From assembly GCA_963674965.2 (NCBI GenBank), contig CAXXFL010000003.1, positions 448,001 through 512,000 on the forward strand: a DNA stretch of 64,000 nt, written 5' to 3'. A program made the position numbers and the translations under genes. The notes under the pieces are model-generated. The model did no database searches and was not told the DNA's origin. It saw nothing but the letters and a program-made list of their open reading frames with translations. Below are positions 46,011 to 55,515 of this stretch, piece after piece (the first letter of the stretch is position 1; each line of letters starts with the position of its first letter). Source of the DNA: a bacterium. Lineage in GTDB: Bacteria; RBG-13-61-14; DATKZS01.

Positions 46011-47240
46011 CTACTCGTAGACTTTTTCCGACTCGAGGTGGGCGTTGAGCGCGTCGGCCTCCATGTCCCTTTTGTCCTTCATGAGCTCGCCCAGTTCCTG
46101 GTAGTACTCGTGCTGGATGAGGAGGCTCATGATCTCCGAGGTCCCGGTCCATATGAAGCTGAGCCTGATGTCCCGAAGCGCCCGCTCGATGGGATACACG
46201 TCGGTGTAGCCGATGCCGCCCATCATCTGCATGGCGTTGTTCACGACCTCCCAGGCCGTCTCGGTGCAGAACTTCTTGGCCTCGCTGACCATCCGGCGGT
46301 GGGGCTTGCCCTGGTCCACCGTCCTGGCCGCGGCGAAGGCTATGCCCCTGGCCGCGTCGAGCTTGGTGATCGAGTCGGCGAGCATGAAGCTCACGGCCTG
46401 GAACTTGCGGATGGGCTTGCCGAAGGCCTTGCGCTTCATGGTGTAATTGGCGGCCACGTCCAGTGCGGCCTGGGCCCCGCCGATGGCCCCGCCGGCCGAG
46501 GTCATGCGCTCGGGGATCATCATCTGGTTGAACACCAGCGCCCCGCCGTTCTCGGGACCGACCATGTTCTCGCCCGGCACCCGAATCTCGTGGAAGCCTA
46601 TCCGGCCAGTGCCGCCGCCGCGCGTTCCCATCAGCCCGAATATATGCTCGACCTCGACGCCCCGTTCCCTCTCGACGATGAAAACCGAGAGGGACGCGTG
46701 GGGCGGGGCCTCGGGGGCCGTCTTGGCGTAGACCAGGAAAAAGTCCGCGCCCTCGGCGCCCACGATAAAGCGCTTGGCCCCCGTCAGTATCCAGTCGTTT
46801 CCGTCCTTCTTGGCCACGGTGGTGGCGCCGAAGAAGTCCGACCCGCCGCGGGGCTCGGTCAGGGCCTCAGCCGACACCATCTCGCCCTTCAGCATGGGCA
46901 CGAGGAACTTTTGCTTTTGTTCCTCCGTCCCGAAGTTGGTAAGGGCCTCGCCCACGATCGAGGGCATCGAGTACTGGCAGCCCAGGACCATGCCGAGGGG
47001 ACCGATCTCCTGGAGAGCCGCCATCTCGGCGGTCCAGCCCATGCCCTTGCCCCCGTATTCCTTTGGAAAGCGAAGGCCGTAAAGCCCGGCGTCGGCCACC
47101 TTCTTATGGAAGCCGTAAGGAAAGACGACCTTCTCCTGGTCCATGTCCTTCAAAAGCTGAGGGTCGATCTCGTCCTTGACGAACTTTCTCGCCCTGTCCC
47201 TGACCTCCCTCTCCTCCGCCGTCAATAATACGTCCAACAT
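46011..47240 (-). CDS. Acyl-CoA dehydrogenase
   Basis: FPKEYGG, ALTEPRGGSD, GAKRFI, RKAFGKPI, QMMGGIGY, IWTGTSEI. Confidence 0.95.
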   Translation of the reverse strand: MLDVLLTAEEREVRDRARKFVKDEIDPQLLKDMDQEKVVFPYGFHKKVADAGLYGLRFPKEYGGKGMGWTAEMAALQEIGPLGMVLGCQYSMPSIVGEALTNFGTEEQKQKFLVPMLKGEMVSAEALTEPRGGSDFFGATTVAKKDGNDWILTGAKRFIVGAEGADFFLVYAKTAPEAPPHASLSVFIVERERGVEVEHIFGLMGTRGGGTGRIGFHEIRVPGENMVGPENGGALVFNQMMIPERMTSAGGAIGGAQAALDVAANYTMKRKAFGKPIRKFQAVSFMLADSITKLDAARGIAFAAARTVDQGKPHRRMVSEAKKFCTETAWEVVNNAMQMMGGIGYTDVYPIERALRDIRLSFIWTGTSEIMSLLIQHEYYQELGELMKDKRDMEADALNAHLESEKVYE

Positions 47241-47253
47241 CAGTCATTCCTCC

Positions 47254-48090
47254 CTATTTTTTTTCAGAGCCGATTTCCATGGCCCTTCTTCTCAGGGCCT
47301 CGAGTTCATCCTCGGCGAGCGAGAACTTGCCCAGCTCGCCCTCGCTCCTGTCCTTGCCGTGCCAGTCGGACCCGCCCGAGACTAAAAGCCCCCTCGAGTC
47401 CGCGAACCATCTCAGCCAGGACCGCATGTCCTCATCCAGCTTGGGATGCACCACCTCGACCGCGTCCAGGCCCATGCGCGCCACGCCCTCCACGTGCTCG
47501 CGCTGCGGCCCTCCCACCAGGGGGTGGGCCAGCGCCGCCAGGCCGCCGGCCGAGTGGATCACCTCGATGGCCTCGGCGGGATCGAACTTGAGGCGGGGAA
47601 CGTAGGCGGGCCCGTCCTTGCCGATGTACTTCTGGAAGGCCTCCTTGTAGGTCTTCACCACCCCCGCCTCGATCAGGGCCTTGGCCACGTGCGGACGGCC
47701 CACGCCGCCCTTGCCCTTGGCCGCCAGGACGTCTTCCATGGAAATCCCGAGCCCCAGGGCCTTAAGCTTCTCGACCATCCTCTCGCCCCTTTTATGCCTC
47801 TCCTCCATCACCCGCTCCGTGACCCTATCAAGGGCGGGATGGTCAGGATCGATCCACAGCCCGACCAGGTGGACCTCGACCGACTTGAAGCGGCTCGATA
47901 TCTCGACGCCGGGCACTATATCGAGGCCCAGCCTCTCGCCCTCGATCACGGCTTCTTTCACCCCCGCGGCGGTCTCGTGGTCGGTAATCGCCAGGATCGT
48001 GACTCCCGCGTCCCGAGCGGCCTGGACCAGTTCCGCGGGCGACTGTTTCCCGTCCGAGTAGTGGGTGTGGGAATGAAGGTCGCTGATCAT
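47254..48090 (-). CDS. PHP-domain metal-dependent phosphoesterase (TrpH/YciV-like)
   Basis: DLHSHTHYSDG, AITDHE, GVEIS, GRPHVA, LAHP, GGSDWHG. Confidence 0.92.
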   Translation of the reverse strand: MISDLHSHTHYSDGKQSPAELVQAARDAGVTILAITDHETAAGVKEAVIEGERLGLDIVPGVEISSRFKSVEVHLVGLWIDPDHPALDRVTERVMEERHKRGERMVEKLKALGLGISMEDVLAAKGKGGVGRPHVAKALIEAGVVKTYKEAFQKYIGKDGPAYVPRLKFDPAEAIEVIHSAGGLAALAHPLVGGPQREHVEGVARMGLDAVEVVHPKLDEDMRSWLRWFADSRGLLVSGGSDWHGKDRSEGELGKFSLAEDELEALRRRAMEIGSEKK

Positions 48091-48099
48091 GGGCCCGGC

Positions 48100-49185
48100 C
48101 TAGCCCGCCACCTCGAGCATTCTTCGAAGGGCCAGGGCCGCGTTCTCCTTTACCTCGTCCGTCACCGTCACCCGGTTGACCCGGTTGTCAGGACCCGCCG
48201 CCAGGGAGTCCATTACCCAGGCCATGTTCCTCAGGTTGATCTTGTACATGTTCGGGCACATCGAGCGGGCGAGGGGCACGACCTTCTTGTCGCCCTCGTA
48301 AAGCCTCGTCAGGCGGTCCACCAGGTGGACCTCCGTGCCCACCACCGCCGTGGAGCCGGAGGGAAGGCCGGCCACGTAGTTTATTATGCCCTCGGTGCTG
48401 CCCGAGGCGTCGGCCGCGTCAACCACCGGTTTGGGGCACTCGGGATGCACGATGACCTTGCAGCCGGGAAGCTCGTTCCTCTTCTTCCCGATCATCTCGG
48501 CGGTGAAATTGGTATGGACGTGGCAATATCCCTTCCAGACGATGACCGACGCCTCCCGGACCTTCTCGGCCGCGAGACCGCCGCCGGGCAGGGCCGGGTC
48601 CCACACGGCCGCCGGGCCCAGGCCCAGCTTGCTCGCCGAGTTGGTCCCCAAATGCTCGTCGGGCATGAAGAAGATTTTGCTCTTTTCCTTCAAGGCCCAG
48701 GAAAAGATCTTCTCCGCGTTCGAGCTGGTACAGGTCGCGCCGCCCCTGGCCCCGCAAAAGGCCTTAACCGCTCCCGTCGAGTTGACGTAGGTTATGGGCG
48801 CCACCTCATTGACCTCGACCGTCTCGGCCAGTTCCTTCCACGCTCTCTCGACCTCGGCGATGGGCGCCATGTCGGCCATGGGACAGCCGGCCTCGAGCGC
48901 CGGCGAGAAGACCGCCTGGTCCAGCCGCGCCAGGATGGCCGCGCTCTCCGCCATGAAATGGACCCCGCAGAAGACGATGTACCGCGCCGTCTCGTCCTCG
49001 GCCGCGTCCTTGGACAGCTTGAAGGAGTCGCCGCTCTTGTCGCCCAGATCGACTATCTCCTGTCTCTGGTAGTGGTGGGTCAGGACCAAAAGGTCCCGGC
49101 CCAGGTCGGCCTTGATCCTTTTAATCCGGGAGGCCAGTTCCTCTTCCGGTTCTTCCAGGTATTTGTCGGGCATTACTTCCTTCAT
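48100..49185 (-). CDS. nadA: Quinolinate synthase A
   Basis: HHYQR, GDSFKL, FCGVHFMAES, AGCPMA, TYVNS, CTSSNA, GYCHVH, HPEC, MCPNM; start 49185 or 49173. Confidence 0.95.
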   Translation of the reverse strand: MKEVMPDKYLEEPEEELASRIKRIKADLGRDLLVLTHHYQRQEIVDLGDKSGDSFKLSKDAAEDETARYIVFCGVHFMAESAAILARLDQAVFSPALEAGCPMADMAPIAEVERAWKELAETVEVNEVAPITYVNSTGAVKAFCGARGGATCTSSNAEKIFSWALKEKSKIFFMPDEHLGTNSASKLGLGPAAVWDPALPGGGLAAEKVREASVIVWKGYCHVHTNFTAEMIGKKRNELPGCKVIVHPECPKPVVDAADASGSTEGIINYVAGLPSGSTAVVGTEVHLVDRLTRLYEGDKKVVPLARSMCPNMYKINLRNMAWVMDSLAAGPDNRVNRVTVTDEVKENAALALRRMLEVAG

Positions 49186-49377
49186 GATACAACTCCAATC
49201 GGGTGGGAACGGAATTTTTTGGGGATGGAACAAAGCGGCGAAGTCCGCCGCCTCGCGCCAGGATTGAAACCGCTCCTGACCTATTTATAACACAAGCGGG
49301 GGACCGGATAAATCGGCCCGCCTTTGCTCGCCCCCCGCTCCTTTAATCCTTGGCCTCGCGTGTTATATAATGGGCGC

Positions 49378-50313
49378 ATGAATTCGGGAGAAGCGATCAG
49401 CCCGCTCGAGCGGCTCAGGTGTCTCATCGCTGGGCTGGAGGGGACCAGTCCGGAGTTCTGGACCAAGGTCGCGGCCACGGTCCTGGTCGTCCTTTCCCTG
49501 GCCCTCGTTCATCGTCTGATCGTGCATCTGGTCTTTAAGAGGACCGAGAACGTAAGGGCCCGCTATCGGTGGCAGAAGTCCTCGGGCTACATCATCGTCG
49601 TGGCCGGGCTGGCGCTGGCCGGGGCCGTCTGGTTCGCCGAGCTTAGGGCCATCGGCACTTTCCTGGGCCTGGTCTCGGCGGGCATGGCCATCGCCCTCCG
49701 CGACCTGGTGGCCAACTTCGCGGGCTGGACCTTCATCCTCTGGCGCCGGCCCTTCGAGCTGGGAGACAGGGTCGAGATAGCCGGCGTCTCGGGAGACGTT
49801 ATCGACATCAGGCTTTTCGAGTTTACCCTGATGGAGATCGGCAACTGGGTGGCGGCCGACCAGAGCACGGGCCGGGTGTACCATATTCCGAACGGGAAGG
49901 TGCTGGGGGAGCCGCTGGCCAATTACACCAAGGGCTTCAGGTTCCTGTGGAACGAGCTTAAGGTGAGGGTCACCTTCGAGAGCGACTGGGAGAGGGCCAA
50001 GGTCCTGCTCCAGGAGATCGCGGAGAAGCACGCTCACGGGATGACGGACGAGGCGGAAAAGATCATCAAGGAAAGCGCCAGACAATACCTTATCATCTAC
50101 AGCAAGCTCACGCCCATCGTTTACACCAGGGTCACGGACTGGGGCGTTCTTTTGACCGTGAGATACCTTTGCCTTCCCCGCCGGCGGCGCGACACGGAGC
50201 AGGCGATCTGGGAGGACGCGCTCCGCGCCTTCAAGGCGGCCGAGAACATCGAGTTCGCTTATCCCACGGGAAGAATAGTGAGCCAGGGGGCCGAGCTTTG
50301 CGGCGAGGAATGA
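49378..50313 (+). CDS. Small-conductance mechanosensitive channel (MscS family)
   Basis: Three TM helices, RPFELGDRVEI.GVSGDVIDI, IPNG, IEFAYPT. Confidence 0.92.
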   Translation: MNSGEAISPLERLRCLIAGLEGTSPEFWTKVAATVLVVLSLALVHRLIVHLVFKRTENVRARYRWQKSSGYIIVVAGLALAGAVWFAELRAIGTFLGLVSAGMAIALRDLVANFAGWTFILWRRPFELGDRVEIAGVSGDVIDIRLFEFTLMEIGNWVAADQSTGRVYHIPNGKVLGEPLANYTKGFRFLWNELKVRVTFESDWERAKVLLQEIAEKHAHGMTDEAEKIIKESARQYLIIYSKLTPIVYTRVTDWGVLLTVRYLCLPRRRRDTEQAIWEDALRAFKAAENIEFAYPTGRIVSQGAELCGEE

Positions 50314-50358
50314 CGAGTCGGGAACTGCCCGGGCCGACGGGCGTGCAGAGGCGCTCCA

Positions 50359-52101
50359 TTGGCTGACCGGAAAGCCGGCCTTCCCTGGGACGCCCGGCCC
50401 GGGGCCTGGACGGCCGGGGCGCTGGCGCTGGCCCTGGTTTTGGGGACCGCGGCCCACGTCCTTTCCTGGGCCATGCTCGACCCGGCCTTCCACGAGGACT
50501 TCATCCGCTACTTCTACATGGCCGAGAGTTTCCTCGATCTCGACTGGGACCACGCCCTCCAGTACCATTACCCGCCGCTGTTCTCGATCTACCTGGCCGC
50601 CTTCGCGCTCTTCGCGGAAAACTCCGACCAGGCCGAGACGGCCGGGCGGCTGGCCTGCCTGGTCCTGGCCCTTCTCGCCGCCTTCCCCGTGTATTTTTTG
50701 TCCCTCAAGGTCTACAATCGGACCGTCGCGATCATGGCGGCCGTCATGGTCACGATAAAATTTTCCCAGCCCTTTTACTCGCCCCTCCAGTGCGACGCCG
50801 AGGCGCTCCTTATCCTGCTCGTCTACGCGGCCCTCATCGTCGGGCTTTACGCCCTCGAGCGCGAGAGCCCGCTCCTTTCAGCGGCCGCGGGGGCCCTTTT
50901 CGGCCTGGCCACCCTGGCCAAGATGGAGGGGCAGGCCTTTTCTTTTTTCTGGTTTTTTCTGCTGCTGGTCCACCTTGTCTGGAAGAAGGTCGCCTGGAGG
51001 AAGTCCCTGGCCATGGCGGCCGTCTGGTGGGTCTTTTACGTCGGAGTGCAGACGCCCTACTTGGGGGCTTATTACCGGGACACGGGAGTGGTGAGCCTCA
51101 ATCCCAAGATAGGCATACTCTATTTCAGCCATAACGCCAGGGACTGGTACAAGGACGCTTACGGCCTGAGAAAGGACGACAAGGGTCTTTATACCAATTT
51201 CCAGAGGGTGGTAGCGGAGGGTGACCACAACCCGGCCCGGGTGAGCGCCGGCGGGTACTTCCTCGACAATATTGGCAACATGATCCGGATGTACGTCTCG
51301 CGGGTGGGGGAGACTTTTAAAGACGTCGTGCCCGAGTACCTGAAGGCGCTCATGCCGGCGGGGGCCTTACTGGGAGGTCTCGTGGCGCTGGCCGGCTTTT
51401 TCAGGCGGGACTGGACGAGGGACCAGGCCCGACGCGAGGCCTACCTTGTCAGCTTTGGTCTCATGACCCTTTTCAGCGTTCCTCTTTTCAATCCCTGGTC
51501 GCGCTACTTCGCCCCCATGATACCCATCTGGGTCATGCTTTTCGCCCGGGGCCTCGAGCGGCTCTCCCTCTTGGGCGGGGTCATTCTCGATAAAAAGCTC
51601 TCGCCCACTTCCGCGGGGAGGGCGCGGCTGGCCCTTGTGGCCGGGCTTTTGTTTCTATCCGTCCTGCCCGATTTCATTTTGCCCTTTAAGATGGAGCCCG
51701 ACCGGAGGTACCGGGAGATCGCGGAGGACAGGAAGGTAGTGGCCCGCTGGCTGGGCCGCCATCTTACGCCCGGAAAAAAGATCATGAGCCGGTGGTCGGT
51801 GGCCCCCTTTTGGTACTTGATAGGCGGCCACCCGGAGATGGACGTGTTCGTTCCGGCCAACGACCTGGCCGGCGTGGTGGCCTACGCCCGGCAGGAGGAC
51901 GTCCAGTTCCTGATAATCGAGGGCGGGGATTTCCTGGCCCGGAACCCGGACCTGGTCCCTCTTTTCAGCTCGAGCTTCAAAAGCCCGGACCTGGTCATGG
52001 CGGACGTAATAAAGGGACCCAACAAAAAGGACTACGTCATTTACCTGGTGCGTCCCGGCCCCTACGAGGACTACGAGCCTCCTCCCCTGACGCCTTTTTA
52101 G
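50359..52101 (+). CDS. ArnT/PMT-like (GT39/GT83) membrane glycosyltransferase
   Basis: D...Y...A luminal loop, HYPPLF, AGALFGLATLAKMEG, RYFAP; start uncertain. Confidence 0.75.
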   Translation: MADRKAGLPWDARPGAWTAGALALALVLGTAAHVLSWAMLDPAFHEDFIRYFYMAESFLDLDWDHALQYHYPPLFSIYLAAFALFAENSDQAETAGRLACLVLALLAAFPVYFLSLKVYNRTVAIMAAVMVTIKFSQPFYSPLQCDAEALLILLVYAALIVGLYALERESPLLSAAAGALFGLATLAKMEGQAFSFFWFFLLLVHLVWKKVAWRKSLAMAAVWWVFYVGVQTPYLGAYYRDTGVVSLNPKIGILYFSHNARDWYKDAYGLRKDDKGLYTNFQRVVAEGDHNPARVSAGGYFLDNIGNMIRMYVSRVGETFKDVVPEYLKALMPAGALLGGLVALAGFFRRDWTRDQARREAYLVSFGLMTLFSVPLFNPWSRYFAPMIPIWVMLFARGLERLSLLGGVILDKKLSPTSAGRARLALVAGLLFLSVLPDFILPFKMEPDRRYREIAEDRKVVARWLGRHLTPGKKIMSRWSVAPFWYLIGGHPEMDVFVPANDLAGVVAYARQEDVQFLIIEGGDFLARNPDLVPLFSSSFKSPDLVMADVIKGPNKKDYVIYLVRPGPYEDYEPPPLTPF

Positions 52102-52107
52102 CTTCCC

Positions 52108-55100
52108 TTAGGCGTCCTCCTCGTCCACGGAGCACTCGTAAACCTGGGCCGTGGTCGACTGGAGACGGTCGGAAAGCACCTGGGTAATGTTGTAGAAGAC
52201 CTGGGTGGATATCCGGGGATAACGCCTCTGCAGGCGGTGGAGCGTCTGCTCGTCCAAAACGAAAAGCTTGACCCTGCCCTCGGCCCGGGCCGAGGCCGAG
52301 CGAGTGGTGTGGCGCAATAGGGCCATCTCGCCAAAGGCGTCGCCCGGCTGGATGGTGAAAAGGGTCACCTCGTTCTCGCCCTCGCCCTTGACGATCTTGA
52401 CGTAGCCCTTGAGCACGATGAACATCTCATTACCCATCTCGCCCTCGCGTATGATGAGATCCCCGTCCTCGTACTGGTCCGTGTGTCCCATCAGCACGGC
52501 GACCTTGGCCTGGTGGTTGGACAGGCCGTGGAAGATTTTGATGTAATGGGCGGGGTTGTCGCCGATCTCGAGGTCCAGAAGGTCCCACAGCGTTATAATG
52601 GGAACGCTTATCATCAAGGTGGGCAGGATGACCAGGTTCGAGGAAAGGGCGATGAGCATCATGACCGCCGTGAGAATTCCGAACTGGCGGATGGGCACGA
52701 AGTCCGAGGCCAGGAGAATGATAAAGCCGAAGAAGAGGGCCACCGAGGTGAAGATCATGGGCTTGCCCATTTGCTTTAAGGAGTTGATCATGGCCTCGGT
52801 CTGGTCCCGCGTCTTTTGCAGCTCCATGTTGTAGCGGTTGACGTACTGGATGGTGTCGTCCACCCCGATGCCCAGGGCGATGGCCGCGATCAGGCTGGTC
52901 GAGAAGTTGAGGGTAATCCCCGAGTATCCCATGATCCCGAAGAGCATGAAGATGGGAAAGAGGTTGGGCAGCATGGCCATAAGACCGATTTTGGGCGAGA
53001 GGAAAAGAAGGCTCATGATGACGAAGATGGCGATCAGGGCCGTGCCCAGGCCGCTGATCTGTCCCCTTGAGACGGCGTCGGCGCTCCTGTTCATGAGGTG
53101 GATGGTGCCGGTCACGTGAACGGTAACGTGAGGCCAGGGGAACTCATCCTCGCTGGGGGCGGGAAGGCCCAAGAGATCGCCATCTTCCCCGGCCCCGACC
53201 GAGGCCGTGCCCCCCGCCGCCGGAGTCGAGTCCGGCCCGGCCGCGTCCTCGTCCTTTTTCTCGTCCTTGCCGTCGCCCCAGTCCACGGCTTCCTCGGGGC
53301 CCGAGTCCTCGTCCCCCCAGGCGACCTCGTCCTCCTCCGGCGCCTTGGAGTCTCCGTCCCAGTTCACCACGTCCTCGTCCGCGTCGTCCCAGGCGACCAG
53401 CTCCTCGCCCTCGGCCGCCCGCACCGGGGCGGGGGACTGACTCTTGACCGGCGTCGAGCGAATGGTCCTTTTCGGCTGGGCGAAAATCTCCTTGGCCTTT
53501 TGCTCGATCCTGGAGATGGCCTTGTTGGTCTCGGTGCTGCCCACCAGCCGGCTCCGGATCAAAACGTTCGCCGCCGAGTAATCGGTGGTTATGTAGGGCG
53601 CGAAGTCCTGGGGCGAGCCCGAGGTCGAGTAGAGGAACAGTATCTGGCTGACCTCGAGGGGCGTGTCCGGAATGGCGTAATAGGCGGGGTCGTTCTGATG
53701 GAAGGCCTGGGAAAGGAGCTTGACGTAGTCGGCCATGCTCAAGGTCGCGTCTATTCCCTCGACCTCGGTCTCGGCCCATTTCTGCAGTTCCTCGATCCTC
53801 TTGAGCATGGCCGGGTGCTTGAAGACCTCGGCCCGGTCCGCCTCGAGCACGATGTTGAATGGCGCGGCCCCCGCCAGGTGGTCCGCCTGGGCGTACACCG
53901 ACACCATGACGGGGTCGTCCTTGGCGAAAAAGGACAGGAAGTCCGTGTCGATCTTAACGCTGTATATCCCGTACAGGGACAAAAGGACCAGGACGGTCAC
54001 CCCGGCGAAGACCCCGGTTTTATGACGCACGTTGAACTGGGCCAGGCGGTCCAGTATTATCTCGATGGTCTTAGAGCCCGGACCCTCCCCCATCTTGGCC
54101 GCCTTCCTGGGCTTCTTCATCAGCATGAGGGAGCTGGGGATCACGAACAGGGCCACGATGACCGAGAATATTATTCCCACCGTCGCGGCGAAGCCCAGGT
54201 CCTGGATGGCCGGTATCCTGTTGAGGATCAGGGAGGCGAAGCCGACCATGGTGGTGAAGCCGCAGACCACCACCGGCAGGGCTATGTTCTTCAGGCTGGC
54301 CCTCACTATCTCGGGCACGGAAAGCTCCTCCTCCACCTCCGCGTTGTAGTCGCTCATCATGTGGATCGAGTAGGAACTGGAAAGCGCCAGCATCAGCGGC
54401 GGCAATATGATGGAAACCAGAGTGATGGGAATATTGGCCGCCTCCATGAAGCCCACCGCCCAAAGGGTGGTCATGACGATGGCCACAAGGGGAAGAAGAA
54501 CGCCCCGGACCTGCCGGTAGCTTATGACCAGGGTGGTCACGATAAGAAGGAAGGTCATGGGAAGAAGCTTCTTGAGGTCCTTGACCATCCGCTTCTCGAT
54601 CTCGACCCGCGTCTCCGGCACCCCCGCCAGATGAAGGCCGTCCCCCCTCGGGACCTCGAGCTTCTCCTTGGCCACCACCGACTTGATGGCCGTCATGACC
54701 TCCTTGTAGCGCCACCTCTGGCCCGTGAAGTCCTCGATAAAGATAAGGACCGCCGCGGCCCTCTCGTCACCGGAAACGAGGTTGCCAAGGTAAAGGGGGT
54801 TCCGTTTGATCTCCGACTTCAACTCGGACCACTCCGAGTCCGAGCGGGGAATACGAGGGATGAGGCGCTTGACCTCGATCGACTTCTGGTATTTGCCCGT
54901 CACCGGGTCTCGAGGAGCACGGATGGAGGGAACGTTGGTCAGGCTCACCGTCGAGACCACGCCGTCGACCCTGGCCACGTCCCGCGTCAGGGAATCGATT
55001 ATCTCGAGCCTCTTCTCCGTGAAGACCGACTCGCCCGGGCCCGTTACCAGGGCCAGGACCACGACCTGGTCGTTGCCGAAAAGTTCCTTGGCCTTCTCGA

Positions 55101-55260
55101 AGTAGGCCTTGTCGGGGTCGCCCTTGATAAAGAACTCGTCCGTCGAGGAGGAAAACTTGAGCCCGGGTATTTCATAGGCGAAATAAACGCTGATTATCAG
55201 ACTCGATATCAGCACCAGCACGGGGTGTTCCGTAACCAGTCTTTCGTAACGTTTAAACAT
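52108..55260 (-). CDS. MMPL/RND-family transporter with C-terminal cyclic-nucleotide-binding domain
   Basis: Duplicated RND topology, TTMVGFASL, GIGVDDTI; C-terminal IIREGEMGNEMFIVLKG, FGEMALL, RSASARA. Confidence 0.9.
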   Translation of the reverse strand: MFKRYERLVTEHPVLVLISSLIISVYFAYEIPGLKFSSSTDEFFIKGDPDKAYFEKAKELFGNDQVVVLALVTGPGESVFTEKRLEIIDSLTRDVARVDGVVSTVSLTNVPSIRAPRDPVTGKYQKSIEVKRLIPRIPRSDSEWSELKSEIKRNPLYLGNLVSGDERAAAVLIFIEDFTGQRWRYKEVMTAIKSVVAKEKLEVPRGDGLHLAGVPETRVEIEKRMVKDLKKLLPMTFLLIVTTLVISYRQVRGVLLPLVAIVMTTLWAVGFMEAANIPITLVSIILPPLMLALSSSYSIHMMSDYNAEVEEELSVPEIVRASLKNIALPVVVCGFTTMVGFASLILNRIPAIQDLGFAATVGIIFSVIVALFVIPSSLMLMKKPRKAAKMGEGPGSKTIEIILDRLAQFNVRHKTGVFAGVTVLVLLSLYGIYSVKIDTDFLSFFAKDDPVMVSVYAQADHLAGAAPFNIVLEADRAEVFKHPAMLKRIEELQKWAETEVEGIDATLSMADYVKLLSQAFHQNDPAYYAIPDTPLEVSQILFLYSTSGSPQDFAPYITTDYSAANVLIRSRLVGSTETNKAISRIEQKAKEIFAQPKRTIRSTPVKSQSPAPVRAAEGEELVAWDDADEDVVNWDGDSKAPEEDEVAWGDEDSGPEEAVDWGDGKDEKKDEDAAGPDSTPAAGGTASVGAGEDGDLLGLPAPSEDEFPWPHVTVHVTGTIHLMNRSADAVSRGQISGLGTALIAIFVIMSLLFLSPKIGLMAMLPNLFPIFMLFGIMGYSGITLNFSTSLIAAIALGIGVDDTIQYVNRYNMELQKTRDQTEAMINSLKQMGKPMIFTSVALFFGFIILLASDFVPIRQFGILTAVMMLIALSSNLVILPTLMISVPIITLWDLLDLEIGDNPAHYIKIFHGLSNHQAKVAVLMGHTDQYEDGDLIIREGEMGNEMFIVLKGYVKIVKGEGENEVTLFTIQPGDAFGEMALLRHTTRSASARAEGRVKLFVLDEQTLHRLQRRYPRISTQVFYNITQVLSDRLQSTTAQVYECSVDEEDA

Positions 55261-55515
55261 TTATGCCCACTTCATGCAAGGCGCTTTTTCGCGTTTGCGC
55301 TCCGGAGTATTGTTTCGCGCGGCTTTTTCAGCCCCTCTTCCCAACTCGCGTCCGGCCTCTTGGACCTCCCGTACTTTCGCGTTTAATCTCTATCACTTCG
55401 GCGTCGCGAAGGCAAGTCCCGGGTGGCCAATGGCCGGTATCCCGCGAAAAATTGCCCGCCCTCGCCCCCCCGGATTGACGCGGACTTGCCTTAGTCCTTA
55501 TAATGGCGTCCTAAC

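Noticed and set aside
53098-55386. Long antisense ORFs (also 41613-43379, 47446-49290, 9176-10441, 46038-47228 and others)
   Set aside because: Expected stop-poor shadows of GC-rich genes; no motifs and unnatural composition.
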